Shown: positions 1 to 12,409 of the stretch, in pieces
Layout: each line of letters opens with the position of its first letter
How positions within the stretch are numbered: the stretch's first letter is position 1
Source of the DNA: Phoronis australis
Taxonomy: Eukaryota; Animalia; Phoronida
DNA: 64,000 nt
Reading direction: 5' to 3'
NCBI GenBank assembly: GCA_002633005.1
Contig: NMRA01000025.1
Location: 1,033,160 to 1,097,159, forward strand
Translations under genes and position numbers: made by a program
The notes under the pieces: generated by a model
Told to the model about the DNA's origin: nothing
The model's database searches: none
Seen by the model: the letters and a program-made list of their open reading frames with translations, nothing else

Positions 1-49
<49 letters not shown>
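1..49. repeat. (TTGCCG)n hexanucleotide microsatellite
   Basis: About 8 perfect copies at the window start; the same motif recurs at 1871-1900. Confidence 0.95.
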
Positions 50-50
<1 letters not shown>

Positions 51-1310
51 TAATATAAACCAAAGCGCATTTACAGGGTTTTGACGACAATCACATCGCC
101 AAACAACCACATGCATGCTTTTTAGCATCATGTACGAGGTTGATTGTTATATTGGTATTCGATAGAGTCATGGGTAGGAAGTGGACAACAAAGTTGGTCG
201 CAGAAATATTTTGAGTAAATGTAAGAAAACAGTATCAAATTTGGTATATGTAAAACTCACGCCTAAAATAAGGCATAGTGATAGATTTAACAAAAGATAA
301 CTAAGACTAAAACTATTTCAAAATAAAACTCCTATTACTGCACGACTGCGTGTTGTATGGACACAGTGACTTACTCGACAATCTACGTATTTTAGAAGGA
401 ATTGTGGTATCGGATTTATTCCTACCACAGGCAGAGACTTCAAAATAGGTTAGTACTTTGCTGTGTCCGTTGCCAGATATCCTGCTATGTATATTTAGCA
501 ATGTCATGGCTTTTCCGTGAATCTTTTTGATAAGTGTGTACAGGAACGTGTTATTGATGTCGTCCAGTGGAATATCCTTCGTGTGACAGTTATTTAGTAA
601 CCAACGCACATTTCGAAGGTTTTGACGGCAAACACCTAGTGTTGAACCCAGAACGTCCAGTCCACCACATGCATGCTTTGTTCCAACATAAACCCAGGCG
701 ACTGCTTGGTTGGTACTCGATAGAAACATATGGGTATGATGAGATACGATAATTTTTATTGCAGATATATTTTGAGTAAATGTAAACAGCATAAAGATAC
801 GACCGTGTAAAACTCACGCTTACAGTTAACATTGTGATAGTATTGGTTAACTTTTGTTCAATCTAACACTATTTTAAAATAAAAACCCTATTACAAACTG
901 CACGATCACGTGTGCGGAATTTAGAAGGAAACTTGAGATCGGATTAATTCATACCACAGGCAATGACATTGGAAATTTCAATCAGGTGACATCAAAACAG
1001 GTAAATACGTTGTCTTAGGGTCGATTAACAATAATGAGCCTCAAAACAGTACACAGAGTACCTTCACATTTATAAAAAAAGTTATTAAACGCTTGAACAC
1101 ATAAAGATAGGAGATATTGAACATGTCCAAATTGCACCAGTCGGTGCGTGCTCGGCATTGGAACACAGAAAGAGATAAGCAACTGATTCTTGACAAGGAC
1201 ACTACACATATGGTATTTTCTAATTACTCAGAAGGCTTGAACATATAGTTTTATCCGTTACCGTGAGATGTCACAGTCATCCATAATATGGATTCACCAA
1301 ATGTTCCAGC
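50..1310 (+). pseudogene. Decayed coding-like sequence, family A, copy 1 (contains an internal ~540-bp duplication)
   Basis: Plus frame reads VEYPSCDSYLVTNAHFEGFDGKHLVLNPERPVHHMHALFQHKPRRLLGWYSIETYGYDEIR (567-752). It is paralogous to ~60-430 (NHMHAF..LLYWYSIES) and to ~2228-2893; many stops and frameshifts. Confidence 0.5.
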
Positions 1311-1312
1311 TA

Positions 1313-1869
1313 TTAGCGGGCCTCAGCCAAGCCGCCGGAGGCGGCGCAGGCAGGCTCCGACGTAGCACTTAGGCGGGACCCAGCCAAGCAGCCGGAGGCA
1401 GCGCAGGGAGGCTCCGACGTAGCGCATAGGCGGGCCTCAGCCAAGCAGCCGGAGGCAGCGCAGGCAGGCTCCAACGTAGCACTTAGGCGGGCCTCAGCCA
1501 AGCAGCCGGAGGCAGTGCAGGCAGGCTCCGACATAGCACTTAGGCGGGCCTCAGCCAAGCAGCCGGAGGCAGCGCAGGGAGGCTCCGACGTAGCGCATAG
1601 GCGGGCCTCAGCCAAGCAGCCGGAGGCAGCGCAGGCAGGCTCCAACGTAGCACTTAGGCGGGCCTCAGCCAAGCAGCCGGAGGCAGCGCAGGCAGGCTCC
1701 GACATAGCACTTAGGCGGGCCTCAGCCAAGCAGCCGGAGGCATCACAGGCAGGCTCCGACGTAGCACTTAGGCGGGCCTCAGCCAAGCAGCCCGAGGCAG
1801 CGCAGGAAGGCTCCGACGTAGCACTTAGGCGGGCCTCAGCCAAGCAGCCGGAGGCAGCGCAGGCAGGCT
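1313..1869. repeat. 57-bp GC-rich minisatellite, ~9.8 copies
   Basis: Unit AGGCGGGCCTCAGCCAAGCAGCCGGAGGCAGCGCAGGCAGGCTCCGACGTAGCACTT; ends at an N (1870). Confidence 0.97.
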
Positions 1870-1870
1870 N

Positions 1871-1900
1871 TGCCGTTGCCGTTGCCGTTGCCGTTGCCGT
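1871..1900. repeat. (TTGCCG)n microsatellite
   Basis: 5 copies immediately after N1870. Confidence 0.95.
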
Positions 1901-1989
1901 AAAAAAGTCATTCAATTGAATATCCTTCTTCTGGTTGTTTAGTAATCTTAATTTGAGGATTTCCACCTGAATTATCTCGTTTTTGCTCA

Positions 1990-2930
1990 GAACTTGAAGT
2001 CAACCACATGCAAGCTACATTGCAACATGTACCTACTTGGTCAACACCCTTACCCGTAACCAGTCTTTTTTCGAGGTAATAATTATAGTTCTTGGAAGTG
2101 TTTTTACTTTTGGACCTCTTGATTTAACAGCACGATGTCGCTCTGTGTACATTAGGTAATGAAATGCCAGGTCGTTGAATGTTGTTTATTAATATACCCG
2201 AAGTTCCATTGGTTATTTATGTCATTCAGTGGAATATCTTTCGTCTGAGTTTTGCTTAGGAATCATGCCACATTTGAAGATTTCCACGGCAATCACGTTG
2301 TCTGGAACCCATGCGGAACCTCATGTCAACCAAATGTATGCTACATTGCAACATGAACCCGGGCTACTGCTTCGTTGATATTCAATAGAAATACTTGGAT
2401 ATGAAGTGATATGATAAACTTTATTGTTGAACTATTTTGAATATATGTAACAGTGCAGCATAATCTAATGCTTAAATTAAAACGTACTGAAAGATTTAAG
2501 AAAGGTTAACTAATACTAAACCGACTTTAAAGTATAAACCCTGTTTCAAACTCCATGACTATGACTAACATAGACACTATGACTTATTCCAAAATGTATG
2601 GATTGTAGAAGACAACTTAAAATCCGATTCATTCATAAGAGAGATAATAACATTGGAAATGTCACGCAGATGTCATCAAAATCGGTAATACATTTTCGTA
2701 GAGTTAATTTACAAAACGCGGCATCAAAAGTACATACATCACTGGTACTTTCAAATTTAGAAAACCTATGAAACACTTGAACACATAAAGATATGGGATA
2801 TTAAACATGTTGAAATTCCATAAACGGGTAGGGGCTATGTATTGGATCTCAGAAAGAGATAAGCAACTGATTTTTGTAAGGAGACTGCACATGTGTGATT
2901 GAGTAAATCACCCAATTCCATCACTGTACT
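1990..2930 (+). pseudogene. Decayed coding-like sequence, family A, copy 2
   Basis: 2228-2893 aligns by eye with 567-1210 (e.g. cttgaacacataaagata and agaaagagataagcaactgatt occur in both). Confidence 0.5.
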
Positions 2931-5900
2931 CTGAAACCAGGTGTGAAACTGTGTGTATGAATAAAGTCGGGTATCTAAATGACTGGTGAGTACATTTTTC
3001 ACTTGGTTTTTCCAAAAAACAAAAACGTGTTTGGTAAAATTTTGATGGCTCAGAGAACACATAAGTAGTCAAACCATGTAGATTCCAGGATGTTTATAGC
3101 TGAAAGGCACCATGCCTTTTGGCTCTGGTGTTATTCTTGTTAGTGGTATAAGGTCATTGGATGATTAGTATACCACTTGACGTCGCGAACAAAGTCCTTA
3201 CAATAAGGTTCAAACAAAGTCAACACCCTGGAAGCGAAGACCCAACATGAATTCAGGTGAAATCTACACGTGAGAACAAGCGTAAGTGAAAGGTAAGAAA
3301 TCATATTATTGATGAGTACAAAAGTTTACAAGTCCACAAAATCCCCAAAGAACAACGCTTCGAAAGCAAAATGACGACACAGCGTTCTAAACAGTGATTT
3401 TGAGCAAAATATTCCGGGAAATATGTGCACGTGTTGCATGTTTGAAACTATTTCATAGAAGCGCCAGTACCTCTGGAAAAGATCCAAACAAAGTTTTTCA
3501 ATGTGCACTAGACTGTCGCTTTATGTTACATTTTCAAATGTTTGTTTACTGCCACTAACAAGTAGCAACTCAGATGTTATCGACTTTGAATCACTGCTTT
3601 CTGGTAATACAGATCTGCGAACTAGTTCCAAACTAACAAGCTCCCCTCCTTGGCGGATTCGTTAACCTTCAACCTGATAGGGCAATTTTAAAAACAATTT
3701 CAGTTGTCGTATTAGGACTTGAAAACCTTCAGAGTGTCGAGATGTACCTTATTCATACTAATAAAGTATAAAACCTCAGAAATATTAGCTTACCATATGA
3801 TCTGAATTGAAAACTAAAAGTGAGAAAAAGTGTTGGCAGAAGGTATGACATCACAGTATTCATGGGAACGAATGTTTGCAAGTCCGAAAATCTGTATGTC
3901 CTAAGGTACACACAAGTCCTGAAGTCCATTAATTTCAAAGTTATGATGTCGAACTTTCATGGCACGAGATTCTGAACAGTGATTTTGAGCAAAATGATCG
4001 AGAGTTTTTGGGCAGGTGCTTGCTTGAAACCAGTTCCTGGAAGAACCGGTGCCTCTGGAAAGAATCAAAGCAAAGTTAAGCAATGTGCACCGAGCTGTCA
4101 CTTTTATTCATATTTTAAATTTTTGGTTTAGCATCAAACTACGATCCTGTTGCTCCACTGTTGTTGACATTGAATCGCTGGTTTCTGGTCTCATAGTTCT
4201 TGGAACTAGATTCGAACTAACTAGCTCTCTGCTATGACGGATTTGGGAACCTTAGGTACGACAGGTCAATTTTATAAACATTTTTTGTTACATTATATGA
4301 GTTATGACGTGAGAGCCTTAATAGCTTTGATCTGTACACTTTTCATACCAGTGCATTATGAAACGCGAGCAAAGTTAGTTTATCTTCATGATTTTCGTCT
4401 TAAAAACTTCTTCATTTGATTATCCAAGGGTTGCAACGTAACGTTTGGGAATGGGTATAGCGTGTAAATAGACAAAAACGTATATGATTTTACAAACAAT
4501 CAGCAAAATTACGTGTTTTCATTTTGCTACTCAAATGTTAATTGACAAGTTATTCTCCATAGCCAGACAGAAATCGAAAATGGGAGCCACTGCTCGGCTC
4601 TATCTGGTTGTGACACCTGCAAAGGATATCAAATTACAACATTCACTATGCATTTAGAGGTCTTGAACGTCATTTGGGTTCATTCGTGTTTTCTTTCTTG
4701 ATAAATTAGGGCTTGTGTTAATATGTTAGTCCAAGTGTTAGTCGGGATTAGAAAGAACGTTTGCATCAACGCCAAAGAACCAGCAAGAAACGAAACAAAA
4801 TGTCTATTCCTAGAGAATGATAAAACATTTGATAGAAGGGCAGATTTATCTATTGACATAAATGTACGTCATCACAACCCAAACATCAATACATAAGGAG
4901 AACCCAGGTTGCAAGCAAAAATCCACCAAACACTTAAAAAATCTATTACAATGACATGGACACCACACTGTTTTCAAGCAGGTTGAGAACTATAACTGCA
5001 AGAGTCGGCAAAGCCGAAAGCTTACAAAAAAGAAAGGTAAACATCTTCATCGTTCTTCATGTAACGGGTAAAACACAATCTCTTTAGCTCACTGGCGGTG
5101 GTGGCAAGGACAGGGTCGTGCTTGTTTCTGTATGACCCTGGAAAAACGTATACATTACTTTCAGGTTTAAAATTTATATCTCAGAGTGAATTTTGGGATT
5201 GATGTAAAACTTTCAAATGCTACGATTTAAACACCGTTCAAAAAACAAAAATCAAATAATTATATTTGAAAATATTAACAGGATATCTGAGATCAATTCA
5301 GGAACAATTTCTTCAAATTAAATTGTATCTTGTTATTGATACGGTGCCTTTGTTTTTTTTACAAAATTTTACGGTTTTTGAGAGACTTTGTGCTGAAACC
5401 AAGTGTGAAATGTTGTACTTGAATAAAGACAGATACCTGAATAACAGGCGAGTAGATTTTCACATCATTTTACCCAAATAGAACAGTCAAGTGGTCGGTG
5501 AATTTTTGAAGGCTCAAAGACCAATCAAGTAGTGGAATCATGTAATTTTCATGAGGTTTACAGCTGGTCAGCACTATACCTTTTTGCCCTTGGTACACTG
5601 CTACTGTTCTCAAAGTCAGATCCTGTATGTCAATGCTATTCCTGTAAGCCAAAATCCAGTAGTTCGACGAAAGGCCAAGTCCAAAAGTTCACACAAGTAC
5701 TTACGTCTCTTAGTTCGACGTTCATAACACGAGATTCTGAACAGTGATATTGAAATAAATGAGAGTTTTGAGCAGGTGTTGGCTTGAAACCAATTCCTGG
5801 AAGAACCGGTTCTTCTGGATAGAGTCCAAGCAAAGTTCAGCAATGTGCCCCGAGTTGTGGGTTTAATTTATGTTTTAAAGTTCGGCTTCCCCGCACTACA

Positions 5901-7241
5901 ACTTTGTTGCTCCGCTGTTGTTGATATTGAATCAATGGTTTCTGGTCTCATACATCTTCCAACTACATTCGAGCTAACTAGCTCCGGTCTATGACGGATT
6001 TTTGAACCTTCGACATGATAGGTCAATTTTAAAAACATTTCTGTGTTATAGTATGTGTGTCATGATTTGAGAAACTTCAGAGCTTCGAGCTCTACCCTAT
6101 TCAAACTAGTGCAGTATGAAACGCAAACAACGTTAACTTACCGTGATCATTTTCGTCTTAAAGACTTCTTCTTCCGTTTTGGTTATCGGTTGGCTGCAGT
6201 GTAACGTTTGAAAATGGGTATAGCGTGTAAATAGACAAAATGTGTATCAAAATAATTTACAAACAATCGGCAAAGTTACCTGTTTTCAATTTGCTACTCA
6301 GATGTTGACAGAAAAATGTTTATCCCTAGCCCGGAAGAAATCGGTCACGGGAGCCACAGCTCGGATCCATCTGGTAGTGACATCTGTAAAGGATATCAAA
6401 AAACACCGTTCACTATGCTTTTTGAGATATTGAACGACATTTGGGCTCATTCATGCTGTCTTTCTCTTTATTATAGGGCTGTTTTAATATGTTAGTTTAA
6501 GTGTTAGTCAGGCCTAGAAAGAACGTTATAATCAGCGCAAAGGATCCAGCCTGAAATGAAACAAAATGTCTAATTCTAGATAATAATACATTTGATAGAA
6601 GAGCAGACTTATCTATTGACATAACTTTACGTCATCATGACCCAAACATTAATACATTAGGAGAGCCCAGAGTACAATAAAAGTACACCAAACACATAAA
6701 AAAATCTCTTACAATGACATGGACACCACAGGTGGAAAACTACAACTGCAAATGTCTGCAAGGACAAGCGCCTACCAGTAATGAAAGGTAGAAATCTTTA
6801 TCGTCCTTCATGTAATGGGCAAGACAGCATCTCTTTGGCTCAGTGGCGGTGGGGGCTAGGTCAGTGTCGTGCTGGTTCTATTCCTGTATGACCCGGCAAA
6901 CATGTATGCATTTATCCAAGTTTTAAAATTGATGTCTCATAGGGAACTCTTTAGATTGATGTAAAACTTTCAAATGTCATGATTCAAACACCGTTCACAA
7001 AACATAAATCAAATGATCATGTATTAAGGTATTAACAGGGTTTCTGAAATCACTTCAGAGAGGCTTCATCAAACTAAACTATATCTTGTTATTCATGCGG
7101 TGAGTTTGTGTTATTGAATTTTACAGCTTTTCAGAGACTTTGTGCTGAAACCGAGTGTGAAACTGTATATGAAAAAAGCCAGATACCTGAAAGGCTGGCG
7201 AGTAGATTTCCATGTCAGTTTTCCAAATAAACAAGTGTCTG

Positions 7242-8420
7242 CAGTGTTCTCCACATCTGAAAATCTAAACTGGTCGCACGCGTGGAAATGCCGATTCACG
7301 ATGTCGGAACTGCGCGACGGTCGACGTCCTCTGTCGCGTACACTTACCTTCCATGTTTTTACCCCAGTACTTTAACAGTGCACAGCACTAAAAAAAAACT
7401 TGCATTTGTTTATTTTTTATTTATAACAAAGTGCCAACATACAATGAGTTACTTATGTACAAAATTTCTTATATACAAGCATACAATGAATGTGAAAGAG
7501 CATTTTATAAGTTGATATGTCTGTTTCTAAGACTTTCCCACTCCTCGATATCCCTCTTGAAGTCGAAGTCGCAGGCCTCTTTTCCATGTAACGACACAAC
7601 CACCAGATGTCTCACACTATTATTTGTTAAGCGGTTTCTGAGTTCTGATTTAATGCGCTTCAGACAACTGAAGCCTCGCTCACAATCTGAAACACAAACC
7701 AATGTAAAAGACATTTAAATATACTGACAACAAAACTTTGGCCACAAAATGTAATTTCAGATAGATATATTAGCACCCAAAAACGTTATACAAGCAGTAG
7801 CAGTCTTTGATTCGTGTGTAGAACTTCAGTATGTATGACTCAACATGTGTTTTACCTGCAGTTGATTGAAGAAGTATACCAACAGTTGCCAGTTTTGCCA
7901 GGTTAGGCAAAATGGTCGGCATAGCAGCATTTTTTCAGACACTCCGTCACTCCCAGTTGTTCCCACCTCAGGAAGAAGCTTTTTAGGGACTCGAACTCCA
8001 GTAGACTCTCGTCATAGTTAATGATTGACCTACATTGGTGTAACAATGCCTGTAAAGAATGCTTTGTTACTGACAAAGTTAAGTTTCACCTTAAACACAG
8101 GTCAGGAAGCCACTTAATCGAAATAGTGTATGAAAGTATATTGGTTAATCCTAACAAATAACTTTTTAGGTATTCTTTACCTCCAGTTCCACAGAGCCAT
8201 AATTGCTCAGCTGACGCAGCGAGTTTCCTGGCAAATTCTTGTTCGTGAAAATGCTGAAGTGCTGGATTGTGTCAGTGTCTGGAAACCGCCTCTTGATTTG
8301 TCCACAAACACTCGTGATGAATCGATTGTAGATCTGGAAATAAAAAGATGGCATCTAAAACAACTGGATCTTATTTTAAAAGAAGTTTGCTTTAGACAGC
8401 AGTAAGTGAAATGCTGAAGG
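7242..8420 (-). mobile_element. 3' part of an intron-containing hAT transposase (ZNF862-like C-terminal dimerisation domain) with one terminal end
   Basis: Minus strand ...LPNLAKLATVGILLQSTA^DCERGFSCLKRIKSELRNRLT...W, with the CERGFS..K..LRNRL hAT motif joined across a GT-AG intron (~7687-7856). An upstream exon reads IKRRFPD. A CAGTGTT-type terminus lies at 7242. Confidence 0.85.
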
Positions 8421-8662
8421 CGGGCACGTCGCCAGAGCACAGGACAACAGATGGACAAAAAGATGCACAGAGTGGCAACCCAGATATGGAAAGAGATCAA
8501 GAGGACGGCCCCAAACCAGATGGAGAGATGACATCGTGAAGACGAGAGGCACAACGTGGATGAGAGCGGTATGAGACAGAACAAATTGGAAGGCATTGTC
8601 GGATGGCTACATCCTGCAGTGGATGGACAACGCCAAGAATCAGAGTCAGAGTCAAAGTCAAA
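8420..8662 (+). mobile_element. 5'-truncated RTE-clade LINE 3' end
   Basis: Plus frame GHVARAQDNRWTKRCTEWQPRYGKRSRGRPQTRWRDDIVKTRGTTWMRAV*DRTNWKAL..YILQW is the typical RTE ORF C-terminus; it is followed by a short (GAGTCA/AAGTCA)n tail. Confidence 0.85.
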
Positions 8663-11185
8663 GAAAACCCAAGCAGTCGAAACATGTAAAATTCAGAAGC
8701 TTTACAGCTGATCAGCACCATACCTTTTGGATATGATAATATTCATGTAAGTGGTACTGCGGCGCCCATGGTACACTGTCCTTGTCCGTATCTCCTAAGG
8801 TACACCCAAGTCGAAAGTTAAAATGTTGAACATTCATGACACGGGGTTCTAAACAGTGACTTCGAGGAAAATGTTCAATAGTATTCGAGAAGGTGTCTGC
8901 TTTAAACCAGTTCCTGGAAGAACCGGTGCCTCTGGAAAAATCCTAGCAAAGCTCAATAATGTGGACTGAAATGTGTCTTTTTTAAATTTTAAATTTACGG
9001 TTTAACACCCCACTATGATTTTGTTGCACTACTGTTGTCGACTTTGCATAACTGGTTTCTGGTCTCATAGATCTTCGAACTATATTCCAACCAACTAGTT
9101 ATCCTCTATGACCGATTTTTCAACCTTCGGCATGACTGTGTAATCTTTTTTTTTATTTAGTATGTGTGTTGTGACTTGAGAACCTTCAGAGTGTCGTGCT
9201 GTACCCTATTTATACATTTTCTTCTTATAGACTTCTTCTTCCGTATCTTTATCCAATGGTTGCAGCGTAACGTTGGGGAATGGGTATAGCGTATAAATAG
9301 ACAAAAACGTGCGTGTATTAATATAATTTACAAACAATCTGCAAATTACCAGTTTCAGTTTGCTACTCGGATGCTAAATGAATAATGTTTGTCCCCGGTC
9401 CGGCAGAAATGGATCACGGGAACCACTGCTCGACTCCAACGGGTTGTGGCATCTGCAATGCATATCAAATAACACCATTCATCATGCACTTTGAGAAATT
9501 GGACGTCATTTGGGTTCATTCGTGTTTACTTTCTTGGTATGTTAAGGCTTGTGTTAGTATGATAGTGCAAGTATTAGTCCAGATTAGCAACAACGTAAAC
9601 ATCACCCCGAAAGAACCATCATGAAATGAAACAAAAGGTCTAGTCCTAGAGAATTAAACCTTCAGTCGTGGCCATATCTATCCATTTGAATAAATGTAAG
9701 TCATCACCACCCAAACTTTAATACATTACGAGAACCCAGACTGCAACTAAAATACAGCAAACACTAAGAAATCAATAATTACAAAGATATGAACACCGCA
9801 TTGTTTTCTCGCAGGTGGAGAACTGTAACAGTTACTGCAAGTGTTGGCGACTCCAAAACGTTACCAATAACGAAAGGGAAGCACCTTTATCGTCCTTCAT
9901 GTAACGGCTAAGACACCATTTCTTTGGTTCACTGATGGTGGTGGCGAGGTTAGTTTCGTGGTTGTTCAGTTCCCGCTTCACCCTGGAAAAACGTATCCGT
10001 TTCTTTAAATTTTAAAATTTGTATCTCAGAGAGAACTGTTCAGAATTAAGTAAATCTTTCAATTGCTATGATTCAATTACCGTTCACAAAACGAAAGCCA
10101 ATTGATCATATTTTAAAATATTAATAGGTTTTCTGAGATCAATTCAGGAACACTTTCATCAAATTAAATTCTCTCTTGTTATTGATACGGTGCTTTTGTT
10201 TTTGTTTTTTTTGTTTTTTTTTTTTAGGTTTTCACTTCATTTGTCTAAATCAAACCATTGTTTGGTGAAATTTGAAAGCTCAAAGAACACCCACGCAGTT
10301 GAAAAATGTAACTGTCAGGACGTTTGCAACTGATCAGCTCCATACCTTTTGGATTTGATATCATTCAAGTAAGTGGTGCTGCAGTGCCCTTGGTAAGCTC
10401 TCACTGTTCTCGATGTCCGATCCCACATGTTAATGCTGCACTGGCCAACCAAAGTCCAAACGTTCGACGAAAGGCAAAGTCCCTAAAAAATCTACAATAA
10501 GGTTCAAATGAAGTCAACACCCTGGAAGCGAACAACCCATGTGATCTGAATTGAAAACTATAAGTGAGAAAGAGTTTGGGCATACTATGAAATCACGATA
10601 TCAATGGGTCCGAATGTTTGCAAGTCCAAAAATCCATATTTCCTCAGGTATACACAAGTCCTAAAGTCCAATAATTCGAAATTTAAAATGTTAAACTTTC
10701 GTGGCACGAGGTTCTTAAATGTGACTTTGAGCAAAATATTCAAAAGTATTGCCTGCTTGAAACCACTTCCTGGAAGAACCGGTTCCTCTGGAAAGAATCC
10801 AAGCAAAGCTCAGCAATCTGCACTGAACTGACGCTTCTATTTTTATTCCTAGTTTTTTGGTTTACCCCCACTACAACTTTGTTGCTTCTCTGTTGTTGAC
10901 TTTGAATCACTGGTTTCTGGTCTCATAGATCTTCGTACTAGATTCGAACTAACTAGCTCTCGACTATGACGGATCTTTGAACCTCTGTCATATCATGGGT
11001 GTTATGACTTGAGAAATTTCAGAGTGTGGAGCTGTGCCCTATTTATACTAGTGCAGTATGAAACGCATGCAACGTTAGTTTACCTTCATCATTTCCTTCT
11101 TGAAGACTTCTTCCGTTTTGATTACCTAGTGGTTGCAGAGTAACGTTGGGGGGATGGGCATGGCGTGTAAATACACAAAATGGTA

Positions 11186-12409
11186 TCTATTATTTAAAAT
11201 GCATCGTTTGCACAAACTCCGTCTCTCCCGCTTCACTACAGACCTTCGTTGTGCCTGTTTCGGCACCCCCTTGGTCCCAAGGTATTGCACAGGCCCCCTG
11301 TTTGGATTCGAGGTGTTCTATTTTTTCTCGAGGGCCTTTTTGGCGGACGCGGAAGGAGGGTGGCCAGTTTCGTACTGGCCTTGGTGACGTCAATTCGTCG
11401 GCTTAATTTCACTAACTCTGGCTTCTGTCACGTATATAATTCATCGGGCCTGTCGCCGCCAAAATTAATGATGCCTCATTAAAAAATTCTTACTCTTCCT
11501 TAAGTAAACTAAATTATTTACTCTGCTGTTGGAAAATTGGCGTTCTTCAGTTACCGGTAGTCTGCTGCTAAATTTGCGATGCGCTCTTTGGGCTCCATTG
11601 CATCACCTGTTTACCAATTTCCATGTTATTCAATCAAATGCGAGGTTGCTTCATTTCATTACAAGTTTTTACTATTTTATTATCAGAAAACCCAATTTCA
11701 GAGAAAACTCTCGGAGATATCGCAAAATTTTTGGAAATCGCGCGTACGTGCACGTGTCACAAGTATGCACTGTTTTCAAAACGACCACAGATTTTCCTTT
11801 GTTACAAGACGCGGAGAATTACGAAAAATACGTTTATTAGATTGTCTGTTTACTTCTGTAAACGGCTGTAACGGGCAAGGTGAATGTCGGTTCATTCCTA
11901 GATTCTGCATACGCTCCTGTAGGTTGTTCGCTCTAAGTTTCACCACGAGGTGACAAGCTGAGCACCGGGGTTGTGTGAAATTTCGGTGTCCAAGGGCCTC
12001 TACACACAGCTACCTAGCTGTATGTTGACGATAGTCTTCATACAGCTAGCTGGCTTTCTACTTCAGTGTGTACATTTATGATGCAACATCTGTAAATACA
12101 TCTATATATTTTGTATACTATACAATATTTTTAATGCATTGTTAGTTTTCACTTTAAAGAATATCTGATTACTGTACTTTGTGTTACGGCATTGTCAAAT
12201 GTTCTGGAAAGAAACTTGTGCTGCCTGGAGAAAGAATTCCACAGCCGTACACCTTGCCTACTAAAATTTGACAGCTGAAATTCTGCTTGAAGCTTTGAAC
12301 ACGGACTTTCAAGAAGTATTCTTGTCTCTTGCGATGAACACTAATGTTCACTCTTAGGAGTATCTATATGAATTTCCCTCGGCGCGTCCCATTAGATTCT
12401 AACGGCTAG
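11186..12409 (+). mobile_element. Non-autonomous Helitron-like insertion
   Basis: The array unit is split here. The insert begins TC(TATTATTT) after an A and ends CTAG before a T, with a 3' hairpin (CCATTAG-ATT-CTAACGG) and no obvious TSD. Confidence 0.7.

Noticed and set aside
655-690. HHMHALF as an HUH endonuclease (CRESS/parvovirus Rep) motif
   Set aside because: The second His is not conserved in paralogous copies (HMQA, QMYA), and no motif III or SF3 helicase motifs were found.
1313-1966. 217-aa minus-strand and 134-aa plus-strand repetitive ORFs
   Set aside because: They are by-products of a 57-bp minisatellite plus a microsatellite, span an N, and have no independent gene evidence.
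5320-5470. LVIDAVP...WRVDF as a Mab21/cGAS-like receptor signature
   Set aside because: Only a loose resemblance with short spacing; no GS/DxD catalytic motif or SYxLK motif was seen. A profile search would be needed to revive it.
10763-10800. PGRTGSSGKN as a Walker A motif
   Set aside because: The spacing and final residue are non-canonical, there is no Walker B, and the likely coding frame here is the alternative QFLEEPVPLERIQ.
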